Part shown: one piece after another, positions 28,735 through 37,410 of the stretch
How the letters are laid out: each line of letters opens with the position of its first letter
Position numbering within the stretch: the stretch's first letter is position 1
Assembly (NCBI GenBank): GCA_965203805.1
Contig: OZ241917.1
Span: 4,320,001 to 4,384,000 of the forward strand
Length of the DNA stretch: 64,000 nucleotides
Source: Candidatus Latescibacterota bacterium
GTDB taxonomy: Bacteria > Latescibacterota > UBA2968 > GCA-2709665
Direction: 5' to 3'
Position numbers and translations under genes: made by a program
The notes under the pieces: generated by a model
Told to the model about the DNA's origin: nothing
Database searches by the model: none
Seen by the model: only the letters and a program-made list of their open reading frames with translations

Positions 28735-29588
28735 ACCGGAAAACTGTAGCTCGAAGGGCCATTTTTAAAGCACTGCAAATGCGTAAGCAAGCGGGTTACG
28801 GATTGGATTGCGCAATCTGTGTCTACGACTTAGCACAAAGACTCGGCGTTGAAGTGCGTTTTCTGGACCTCCCGAGTATGGAGGGCATGTATTACAATGT
28901 CCCACGGCCGCACATAGTCATTTCTTCATTGCGCCCCGTTGGCCGCCGCGCGTTTACGTGTGCTCACGAACTCGGCCATCATTGTTTTAACGACGGTACC
29001 CACATTGACGAACTTACTGAACAATTCAAGAGTCCCCGTCAAGATCCGCGTGAGTTTGCCGCCGATTGTTTCGCCGGTGCTCTTCTGATGCCCAAAATGG
29101 CAGTTGAGAAAGCGTTTGCTGTTCGCGGTTGGACTATCAGAGAGTGTACGCCGGAACAAACCTTCGCGGTTTCAAATTACTTTGGAGTTGGATACACGAC
29201 ATTGATCCATCACCTGCGGAGTGCTCTACATCTACTTTCCCACTATCGTGCCGAGGAACTCTTGAAAATACCGACACGCAGCGCACAAAACTTGGCGCTT
29301 GGCTGGGAGACGACAAAAACTGCTTGGATTGTCGACCGGAACTGGATAGGACGGCCAATCGACGTTGAAGAAGGTGATCTGATTCTCGTGCGGGGAAAGG
29401 TTTGTATTGAGGGGCGGAACTTAGAACACCTGGCAGATAAGCACGGGGGCAGAGTCCTCCGCGCCATACGCCCGGGCATCGCAAGGATTGAAGATAGTTC
29501 AGGTTGGTCGTCCTTTATACGAGTATCCAAGCGAGGATTCATCGGGCGCGCCATGTTTCGTCACGATGAGGAGTTCGGCGATGAATAG
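28731..29588 (+). CDS. ImmA/IrrE-family metallopeptidase
   Basis: RRAFTCAHELGHH (HExxH), EFAADCFAGALLMP; ATGA overlap with XRE. Confidence 0.93.
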   Translation: MNRKTVARRAIFKALQMRKQAGYGLDCAICVYDLAQRLGVEVRFLDLPSMEGMYYNVPRPHIVISSLRPVGRRAFTCAHELGHHCFNDGTHIDELTEQFKSPRQDPREFAADCFAGALLMPKMAVEKAFAVRGWTIRECTPEQTFAVSNYFGVGYTTLIHHLRSALHLLSHYRAEELLKIPTRSAQNLALGWETTKTAWIVDRNWIGRPIDVEEGDLILVRGKVCIEGRNLEHLADKHGGRVLRAIRPGIARIEDSSGWSSFIRVSKRGFIGRAMFRHDEEFGDE

Positions 29589-30363
29589 TTACAATCCTAT
29601 AGAGGATCAGAACCTCTCGGTTGCGTGGGGGAAGGCGTTTTTGAAAGTGTTTCATGAAGGCGAAGTCGCGCCAATGACAGTCAAGATCAATGTGTTGGAT
29701 TGCCGAGAACCTGAAGAGATTCCGTCCATTCGAAGAAACCTTGATGCCAGCTTGAACAATCGTCGTGCAAAGCTCTCTTGCGACCAAGTCGCGAATACGA
29801 TTTTCCCTATCTCACTTTGGAACCCAAATGCAGACAGAAGACTACTGTACAAGAGGTACCGAAGAATCTGCCCTCGCATACTTCGCCACCGCAGCAATCG
29901 AAATGGAGTGTATTTCCAGCGTTTCATTGCCTATGGCGGCGGATCCTGCACCCAAGGCGGAGTAAACCAATTGGAGCATATCATCCAAACGTGGCACCGT
30001 GGGAACCACCGCAGGTCAGCCCTCCAGGCTGCAGTATTCGATCCATTGACCGACCACACGCACCAACGCCAGCGGGGTTTTCCTTGTCTTCAACAGGTAG
30101 CATTTGCAGGAAAAAACGGTGGCTTATCTGTTACCGGCTTCTACGCGACGCAATACATCTTTGAACGTGCCTATGGCAACTATCTTGGCCTATTTCGGCT
30201 GGGTCGATTTATGGCGCACGAGATGAAACTAAGGTTGGAGCAAGTCATATGCGTCGCATCTCCCGCCAAACTGTCCGGCGTACGGAAGCGGGATCTGTCG
30301 GCGCTTGCTGAGCAAGTTAAGGAAGCCCTCGAGCACTACGCGTACTCAGACGACTTCAGGTAG
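29581..30363 (+). CDS. Divergent thymidylate-synthase-fold protein
   Basis: NLSVAW, YFQR, NQLEHII, RRSALQAAVFDP, GFPCLQQ (catalytic-Cys position), AYGNYLGL; lacks the canonical RSxD and HxY motifs; start ATG 29581. Confidence 0.7.
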   Translation: MNSYNPIEDQNLSVAWGKAFLKVFHEGEVAPMTVKINVLDCREPEEIPSIRRNLDASLNNRRAKLSCDQVANTIFPISLWNPNADRRLLYKRYRRICPRILRHRSNRNGVYFQRFIAYGGGSCTQGGVNQLEHIIQTWHRGNHRRSALQAAVFDPLTDHTHQRQRGFPCLQQVAFAGKNGGLSVTGFYATQYIFERAYGNYLGLFRLGRFMAHEMKLRLEQVICVASPAKLSGVRKRDLSALAEQVKEALEHYAYSDDFR

Positions 30364-30381
30364 AATAGGGGCGTCATTCTT

Positions 30382-32073
30382 ATGCAAACCGGACCTGCGC
30401 AACTGATAGTATTGGAAGGACCTGATGGTGTAGGTAAGTCGACGATTTCTTTCGCGCTCTACGAGAAGCTCTCCAACTCCTCTATTGAGTGTGAGTATTT
30501 TTCGTTTCCGGGCAAGGAAACCGGGACAATCGGACGTTTAGTGTACGACCTTCACCATGAACCGAGGATGTTCGGACTAGAACCACTAAGTCCCGCCAGT
30601 CTACAAACCCTACACATTGCGGCGCATTTGGATGTAATTGAGCAACGGATTCGGCCAGCCATTAACGACGGAAAGTGGGTCATACTGGATCGATTCTGGT
30701 GGTCAACTTGGGTCTACGGGCGTGCATCCGGGATGGACGGAAGTATGTTGGATGCGTTGATTGAGGCGGAGCGTATTCAATGGCAGGGTACCACGCCCCT
30801 AGCCCTCTTTCTCATTGATCGATCTCCGGATCTGTCTGGTCGCAATGATCAAGCCACAATCCGTATGGGGTATGACGAACTCTTCAAAAGAGAACAAAGC
30901 CAGTACCCCGTTTATAAGATTAAGAATGACGGCTCAGTGCAAGAAACGCTGAACGAAACATTGGGGATTTTGCGAGACGTCACAAGTCGGAAATCGGATT
31001 CTGATACGAAGCAGATAAACCCGGATTCAGAGAAAAAAGTGACTCAACTATCTATTCCACTTATTGGAGAGGCACCTTTTTCAGTCTTCACGAAACTATC
31101 CCCCGCCGTGCCGACTGTCGTTTATGACAGTCTCTGGCGGTTCGCTGTAGAACGGCAGGAAGTTTTTTTTCGTAAGATTGATGGACGTCCCTGTCCCTGG
31201 ACCGACGATGAGATCCTCCGTCGGCATAAGTTCACGAATGCCTATCGCGCTTCAGACCGCGTTAGCCAGTATCTAATTCAACACGTAATCTATGAGGGGG
31301 AAAAGACCCCAGAGGAGGTATTTTTTCGAACGATTCTCTTTAAGCTGTTTAACAAGATCGAGACTTGGAAACTGTTATCTACGAAATTAGGAACGGTCAG
31401 TTATGCCGATTTCTCGTTCTCCAGATACGATGAGATACTAGCAAGAGCACTCTCATCCGGCATTCGTATTTATTCGGCAGCGTATATTATGCCGTCAGGT
31501 AAGACATCGTTTGGCTATAAACTGAAACACCGCAATCATCTAACGCTTCTTAAACAAATGATGGAGGATGAGGTACCGCGCAAAATTGAAGACGCGCTAA
31601 ACATGCGACAGGCTTTTGAACTATTGCGCTCCTATTCTACAGTAGGCAGCTTTCTCGCTTATCAGTATGTAACAGACCTCAATTACAGTGCAATTACTGA
31701 CTTCTCAGAGATGGAGTTTGTTATACCTGGTCCAGGCGCGCTGGATGGCATTCACAAGTGTTTCGCCGACCGTGGCGGCCTTAATGAGAGGGACATTATT
31801 CGAGTAGTCACGGATCGACAAGAGCAGGAGTTTGAACGGTTGGGGCTACGATTTCGCTCTCTCTGGGGTAGGCGCCTGCAGCTGATAGATTGTCAGAATC
31901 TCTTCTGTGAAGTCTCCAAGTACTCTCGCCTGAAGCATCCCGAGATTCCAGGGATCAGTAAACGAACCCGAATAAAGCAAATATACCGTCCTTCCGATGA
32001 TCCAATACGATATTGGTATCCACCGAAGTGGCGTATCAACCACCTCATCCGCCAAATCTCGAGATTAACGTGA
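30382..32073 (+). CDS. Fusion: dTMP-kinase-like P-loop domain plus aGPT-PPlase clade 1 (5-hmdU DNA kinase helical domain)
   Basis: N-terminal LEGPDGVGKST and ILDRFWWST. C-terminal WRFAVERQ..F..K....PWTDDEIL..HKFTNAYRASDRVSQYLI, LFKLFN..ETW, YSAAYIM, G.FLAYQ..TDLNYS, GPGALDG, DCQNLFCE..KY. Confidence 0.85.
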   Translation: MQTGPAQLIVLEGPDGVGKSTISFALYEKLSNSSIECEYFSFPGKETGTIGRLVYDLHHEPRMFGLEPLSPASLQTLHIAAHLDVIEQRIRPAINDGKWVILDRFWWSTWVYGRASGMDGSMLDALIEAERIQWQGTTPLALFLIDRSPDLSGRNDQATIRMGYDELFKREQSQYPVYKIKNDGSVQETLNETLGILRDVTSRKSDSDTKQINPDSEKKVTQLSIPLIGEAPFSVFTKLSPAVPTVVYDSLWRFAVERQEVFFRKIDGRPCPWTDDEILRRHKFTNAYRASDRVSQYLIQHVIYEGEKTPEEVFFRTILFKLFNKIETWKLLSTKLGTVSYADFSFSRYDEILARALSSGIRIYSAAYIMPSGKTSFGYKLKHRNHLTLLKQMMEDEVPRKIEDALNMRQAFELLRSYSTVGSFLAYQYVTDLNYSAITDFSEMEFVIPGPGALDGIHKCFADRGGLNERDIIRVVTDRQEQEFERLGLRFRSLWGRRLQLIDCQNLFCEVSKYSRLKHPEIPGISKRTRIKQIYRPSDDPIRYWYPPKWRINHLIRQISRLT

Positions 32074-33068
32074 TCCGGCTTTTTTCTGGTCCAACGGCAG
32101 ACCACGTATGGTGCCAAATTGCAGATACATTCGGTGAATCAGAAGTTGTTCGCCCGCAGGATAGTCGAGGCGGTCCAACTAGAGAGATACTGCATGCCGC
32201 GTTATCAATCGAAAACCCAAGACAGCGGTGGGTGATTTCGAGGAAACCGCCAATGAATGTCGCGTATGCATTGGCAGAAATCGTATGGATTATAAGAGGG
32301 AGGCGCGACCTTAAGTTTCTCGAATTCTGGAATCGGAATCTTGGTCACTATGTCGGAAAGGGTCCAGAGCTTCACGGATCCTATGGCCATCGGCTACGTG
32401 GGCATCTTGGAACTGACCAGTTGAAACGGGCTTACGACTCATTGCGTCACGAGCCCGATACCAGGCAAGTTGTTTTGCAAATTTGGGACTCGGCCGTTGA
32501 CTTGCCAGCGGCCGATGGATCGCCTGCGGATCAGGATATTCCCTGCAATGTAGCGTCATTGCTGAAGGTACGAGATGGAAAACTTGAGTGGACACAGATA
32601 ATCAGGAGTAACGATGTCTTTCTCGGCGTACCATACAACTTTGTCCAATTCACATTCCTGCAGGAAATCGTGGCCGGGTGGCTGGGGATTGAGTGCGGTT
32701 CCTACAACCAAATTAGCGATAGCTTACACATGTACGAAAAGGACATGGCAAATTTGGTCGGTTTCGCGGATACGTCAGTTAAATGTAGCTATCAGGATTC
32801 CCTTGCTCTGCCGTGGGACGATTCGAATCTCGTATTTTGCGAAATGGAACACCGAATAGAGCGGATGATCGAGCCAACGACCCGCAATCATGACCTGGAA
32901 AATCTGGCAATTTGGGACTCGGCTCCGCCCGCGTACCGAAATTTAGCTTCTGTTCTCGTCGCGACCGCACTGCACCGGCGTCGCCAAAGAGACGCTGCAG
33001 AGCGAGTCATCTCGAGGTGCAAGAATTCGGTTTATGTAGAACTTTGGTATAGGCGCTTTTCTCCATGA
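32070..33068 (+). CDS. Thymidylate synthase/dUMP hydroxymethylase-like enzyme
   Basis: SRGGPTREI, LAEIVWI, YGHRLR, TRQVVLQIWD, DIPCN, RSNDVFLGVPYN, SLHMYE; GTG 32070 overlaps the upstream TGA. Confidence 0.88.
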   Translation: MIRLFSGPTADHVWCQIADTFGESEVVRPQDSRGGPTREILHAALSIENPRQRWVISRKPPMNVAYALAEIVWIIRGRRDLKFLEFWNRNLGHYVGKGPELHGSYGHRLRGHLGTDQLKRAYDSLRHEPDTRQVVLQIWDSAVDLPAADGSPADQDIPCNVASLLKVRDGKLEWTQIIRSNDVFLGVPYNFVQFTFLQEIVAGWLGIECGSYNQISDSLHMYEKDMANLVGFADTSVKCSYQDSLALPWDDSNLVFCEMEHRIERMIEPTTRNHDLENLAIWDSAPPAYRNLASVLVATALHRRRQRDAAERVISRCKNSVYVELWYRRFSP

Positions 33069-33211
33069 TTCCGTAAATTAACCCGATCATCTTGATAAAT
33101 TCACTTCCCGAGATATACTGTCAATGCACGATTTGGATCGACCTTGAATGGCAGCAAACAGCCTTTTCTGTCAATGTAAACTGCCAAGTTAATCCTGCCC
33201 TGGACCTAGAT

Positions 33212-33727
33212 TCATATTAAGTGAGCTATGTGTAACAGTTCTTCAGTAGTTATACGCAGATCATCCTTAATTTGATCAATATCCCATTTTCTCGCAATAA
33301 AGCGTCTATTGTGTGCGGCGCGATCACCAAGTCGTTTAATTCTAGGTAATGCATCTCGTGTATTACGTCCAAGATTCCAACTGGTTTCCTTAATAGTAGC
33401 ATCTACTAAACCACCCAAATAGAAGAAATCACCACTAGGGAATTTGATTTTTGCTTCAATACCATGTTTTTCATAGCATTCAATAATCAATATTTCAGTT
33501 AAACGACGAATCATGACGGCACATGCGTCAAACCAACCATTACTATAACAACCGTTAATCTGTTCTACGATTCTCAATAAATATCCACGAGTATTATTAA
33601 ATAGTGATCTTGGTATAACTTGCTGTTCGGCAGTTAATAATCGTTCAGTATAGGTCGCGTCAAAAGGAAGTAATGCCTTCTGTATTGCCTTACCTGTACC
33701 TAAAAAGAATTTCGCCCATTGATTCAA
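33212..33727 (-). CDS. DUF4145/HEPN-like protein
   Basis: CAVMIRRLTEILI helix and KRLGDRAAHNRR (R..x..H HEPN-type); start codon uncertain (TTG). Confidence 0.7.
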   Translation of the reverse strand: MNQWAKFFLGTGKAIQKALLPFDATYTERLLTAEQQVIPRSLFNNTRGYLLRIVEQINGCYSNGWFDACAVMIRRLTEILIIECYEKHGIEAKIKFPSGDFFYLGGLVDATIKETSWNLGRNTRDALPRIKRLGDRAAHNRRFIARKWDIDQIKDDLRITTEELLHIAHLI

Positions 33728-33732
33728 GGAAT

Positions 33733-34368
33733 TTATTCACTCTCTTTTTTGTAAAGATGACGAGCCATACTATCGAATATATTATCTATTTGTGTTGCGC
33801 TCGCTTCCGATGAAATGTGTATTTGGATGTCGATATGCAGGGAGGGATTAGTGGTTGGTTCTTTAATTGAGGGAGTCGTTGGTAATTGTGATTCAATTGC
33901 AGGTGTGGTTTTTTCTTGTATATCGCGATTCACCTGTTTCGGTTCATTTTCTGTGTTAGAAAAGTCTGCTTCTTTGCATAATGTTTGAAAGGTACGAACT
34001 GCTTTATCTATAACTGATTGTCCACCTGGGCTATTTGCGCTCATAAAATTCCGAATGTTCATTGCATTTTCAGTATTTGCACACGGATACATTTCGAATA
34101 ACTGCTGGTATCCCTTACGAATTGCATTCGCTAATACTATCTTTGAGTTTCCACCCTTAAATGCCTGCCACGAATCTGTTGGTTTTCGAGCGTTGTCAAT
34201 AAAACCAATAAAACGCAATACTGACAATAAAGATTGATCTGCATTTGAGGAAAAGCCTTGTGCCTTTAACCAATTCACATCTGCCTTTTGAGGCTTGCCC
34301 ATTATTTTCATCTTATTAAGAAGGTCAGTTAATTTACTTCCAGAGTGAGCAACCACGTACACACCCAT
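33733..34368 (-). CDS. DUF5343-like protein
   Basis: GKPQKADVNWLKAQGFSS..DQSLLSVLRFIGFID...PTDSW, LANAIRKGY, TFQTLC..ADF, C-terminal LHIDIQIHI...QIDNIF; GGAGG RBS. Confidence 0.7.
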   Translation of the reverse strand: MGVYVVAHSGSKLTDLLNKMKIMGKPQKADVNWLKAQGFSSNADQSLLSVLRFIGFIDNARKPTDSWQAFKGGNSKIVLANAIRKGYQQLFEMYPCANTENAMNIRNFMSANSPGGQSVIDKAVRTFQTLCKEADFSNTENEPKQVNRDIQEKTTPAIESQLPTTPSIKEPTTNPSLHIDIQIHISSEASATQIDNIFDSMARHLYKKESE

Positions 34369-34542
34369 GCTTATTCCTCCTGTTGCCTAAACATGTCTAA
34401 TTGCTTGTCGTCCTTGCCTTGTAGACGTTGAATCAAGCCTTAGAATTCCAGCGATCCCGTCCTGAATATCTTAAGGCAAGAGCGGGCGATTAAATGACAC
34501 ATTCAATATAGATAATTCATCCTTTTATCTCAATCTAATAAT

Positions 34543-36365
34543 GAGTCCACTCCGAAAAGTCGCATTTACTTATGCTGGTGAAAGTACTAAATTCGAAGTG
34601 TGAAAAGTCAGCAAGGATGAAGTATTGAGAATTACAATTGTAGAGAGCGTGGGAGAGGACAGATGTATAAGCCGAGTGCGTCGTGCAGTCAACCGGATCT
34701 GTTTTCGAATTTCGAGTCGCATTTCACACAGCGGAAGCAGGCGCAGTTGAATGATCCGAAGTCGTGGCATAATCTGTTTTACCAGCACATCACGTCAGAG
34801 ATCGACGAGGATGTGTTTTCCGTGTTGTTTGATCCCGACATAGGCCGTCCCAATGCCCCGATTCGTCAGTTGGCGGCGATGATGGTCTTGAAGGAGGGCT
34901 TCGGGTGGAGCGATGCACAACTGTTCGAGCAATGTCGGTTCAATATCCTGGCGATGCGGGCATTGGGGTTGATGAATCTGTCTGATGAGGCGCCTGTGGA
35001 GTCGACGTATTATCTGTTCAAACAGTCCTTGTATGCGTATCAACTGAAAACCGGTCGGGATCTGGTTGGCGAGACCTTTAGCAGCTTAACGAAGACGCAG
35101 GCCGACGCCTTTGGTGTGCTGGGTCAGCAAATCCGAATGGACAGTAAGTTAATCGGCTCGAACATTGCGCTATGTTGTCGGTTGCAGTTGGTGGTGGGTT
35201 GTTTACAACGGTTCTGGGGATCGTTGGACGAGGCCCGGAAGCGGCGATTATCAGGAAAACACCGGCAGGTTCTGGACGGAATGCTCAAGGTGAAGCCCCA
35301 TCAGGTTGTCTACCGTCTCACCCGTGCTGAAAAAGGTGAGAAGCTACAGGAATACGGTGTGTTATTGAGCAGGCTTCAAGCGATCTATACCGAGAAAGAC
35401 AGCGATCACTATGGTGTGATGGCGCGTGTTTTTGGAGACCAGTATTCGGTTTTATCCTCCTCCAAACAGGTGCTTCCCAAGCCGCCTGATGAGATCTCCG
35501 CATCCTCCTTGCAGTCCCCCGATGACGAAGATGCGGCCTTTCGTAAGAAAGGGGAAGCGAAGGTGAAAGGATACAGTGTGAACCTCACCGAGACCTGCGG
35601 TGAGGAGGGCCTCAATTTGATCACGGACATTGACGTCAAATCCGCGACAGCGCCCGACAACGCGTTTGTGCAAGCGGCCGTAGGGCGCACACAGCACGTG
35701 GTAGGGCAGGTTCGAGACGTGTCGATGGATGGGGCCTATAATGATCAATCCAACGCCGAGTACGCAAACGAACACGACAAGCAATTCTATTACAGTGGCC
35801 TGCAAGGAACCCCAGGGCGTTTCATTTATCGACGAACAAGAGAAGGCGTCGAAGTCATGGATCGAAATACCCAAGCCGTGCAGCTTGCCCAAGAATACAA
35901 ACCGGGGAAATACAAACTCATCATGGATGGCAAACCCCGATACTTTAAAGAACAGGCCATCGACAACTACATCAAACGCAAACAGAGTGAAGCCCTGCCT
36001 GAACACATCAGAAACCGACGCAATAACGTCGAAGCCAGCCTCTTCCAGTTGAGCTATTACACCCGAAACGGCAAAACTCGCTATCGTGGATTGATGCCAC
36101 ATCAGCTGTGGGCGCACTGTCGTGGCTTATGGGTCAATCTCGTTCGGATCCAGAATTACCTCACCTCACCCACGATGCTCCCCGCATAAGATGCGACTTT
36201 TTTATGCATATCCTTGCCCCAAAACCACGCGAGCAACCTCGTAAACCGCCTCTGTGTTGATGGGCCGCAACCCGATGCACTTTCACCACGCAACGCGACC
36301 TCTCAATACACAACACTGACACCTACACACGAAATCTTCCTGAACCCCCTTCTCGGAGGGGACTC
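34543..36365 (+). mobile_element. Complete insertion sequence, 1,823 bp (IS1182/IS5-like DDE; family tentative)
   Basis: TIRs GAGTCCACTCCGAAAAG (34543-59) and CTTCTCGGAGGGGACTC (36349-65), 15/17 match; flanking direct repeat AATAAT at 34537-42 and 36366-71. Confidence 0.92.
34663..36189 (+). CDS. DDE transposase with N-terminal DUF772-like domain
   Basis: GRPNAPIR...WSDAQL, RMDSK, LQSPDDEDA..RKK, SMDGAY, RNNVEAS, TRYRG. Confidence 0.92.
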   Translation: MYKPSASCSQPDLFSNFESHFTQRKQAQLNDPKSWHNLFYQHITSEIDEDVFSVLFDPDIGRPNAPIRQLAAMMVLKEGFGWSDAQLFEQCRFNILAMRALGLMNLSDEAPVESTYYLFKQSLYAYQLKTGRDLVGETFSSLTKTQADAFGVLGQQIRMDSKLIGSNIALCCRLQLVVGCLQRFWGSLDEARKRRLSGKHRQVLDGMLKVKPHQVVYRLTRAEKGEKLQEYGVLLSRLQAIYTEKDSDHYGVMARVFGDQYSVLSSSKQVLPKPPDEISASSLQSPDDEDAAFRKKGEAKVKGYSVNLTETCGEEGLNLITDIDVKSATAPDNAFVQAAVGRTQHVVGQVRDVSMDGAYNDQSNAEYANEHDKQFYYSGLQGTPGRFIYRRTREGVEVMDRNTQAVQLAQEYKPGKYKLIMDGKPRYFKEQAIDNYIKRKQSEALPEHIRNRRNNVEASLFQLSYYTRNGKTRYRGLMPHQLWAHCRGLWVNLVRIQNYLTSPTMLPA

Positions 36366-36546
36366 AATAATGCCACTGTCAAAAAAACCCTACACGGATA
36401 GCTGAATTGGACGATTTTATCGTTAATCGAGTCATCACATATGACGTGACGGATAAAATGCGCCGCGAAAACTCGCGGAAGTTCATTGGTTGAGAGTTCC
36501 ACCCGAAAGATGTTGCTTCAGCATTCACTGCGATACATTTCCGACT

Positions 36547-37125
36547 CTACCTAGCCGCCAAATCTGTCAGGTAACTGCGCCCAGCCAATGTCAATCTATA
36601 GTAAGTGCGCTCCAGTCTAATGACGAGGTTTCTCTTGACCAAATCCTCTAACAAAGAGTTGACCTCCTTCAATGTTGTAGATTCGGACCACGCCATTGCA
36701 AGCCTTTCTGGATCCGACGTTGGATTCCCTTCTCGGTTAATTTGCGGTACTGCCTGAAACAACTCTTCCTGATTTGCTAAAAACCGCAACAACCTGTCGG
36801 CACGCTCACAAAACGTGTGGTCCGGCCTAGTCATCGCTTCCTTGACTACCACATAAGTAACCAGAGGGAAATCCTCACCAGCTTGTCTCATGTCAACGAG
36901 TATTGTCGTCAATCGGGCTCTTATCTGGTCTCGTTCCGAATCGCTCATTGGGCACACGAGGCGATGATTGAGCAGACTCGTTGCGTCCAAAGTTATCGTG
37001 TAGCCGCCACCAGCACGGGAGCAACTGCAAATTTTCCAGCGAAGAACACCAGCCTCGGACAGCCCTGACGCGGGAAATGCCGGCCAGATTCTATAGAGCG
37101 GATCAACCGGGTTAGTTTTCTCCAT
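36547..37125 (-). CDS. Hypothetical protein with a C-terminal winged-helix-like segment
   Basis: 192-aa ORF with AAGGA RBS; RADRLLRFL, AWSEST..EV..LL..L...LV, RLTLAG pattern. Confidence 0.55.
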   Translation of the reverse strand: MEKTNPVDPLYRIWPAFPASGLSEAGVLRWKICSCSRAGGGYTITLDATSLLNHRLVCPMSDSERDQIRARLTTILVDMRQAGEDFPLVTYVVVKEAMTRPDHTFCERADRLLRFLANQEELFQAVPQINREGNPTSDPERLAMAWSESTTLKEVNSLLEDLVKRNLVIRLERTYYRLTLAGRSYLTDLAAR

Positions 37126-37410
37126 TGGGTATCCTTTCGTGCGTAAGCATCTGGTGTGACTCCATACAAGTCAGACGACTGCCCCCGAATCCGCGAATTC
37201 TTCGATCGGCTCTGTAGGAGGGACGATATCTTTCGGTCAATTATATGATCAACTCGACTGTGTCATTTTCGCCAATTAACGACGAAACACTTGGGGGGAG
37301 TCGCGTACGGGTAGGCGCTTAAATGCTCCAATCAAAGGTTTTTGGGTTTGCTCAAATACTATCGGTTCAGCTTTGATCCCAGAAATCGCACCACGCCAGA
37401 TCGGTAGATA

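Noticed and set aside
28097-33068. Prophage origin, or housekeeping thyA/tmk, for the TS and kinase genes
   Set aside because: No capsid, terminase, integrase or replication genes are present. The fusion to aGPT-PPlase1, the XRE/ImmA control and the island location argue against housekeeping roles.
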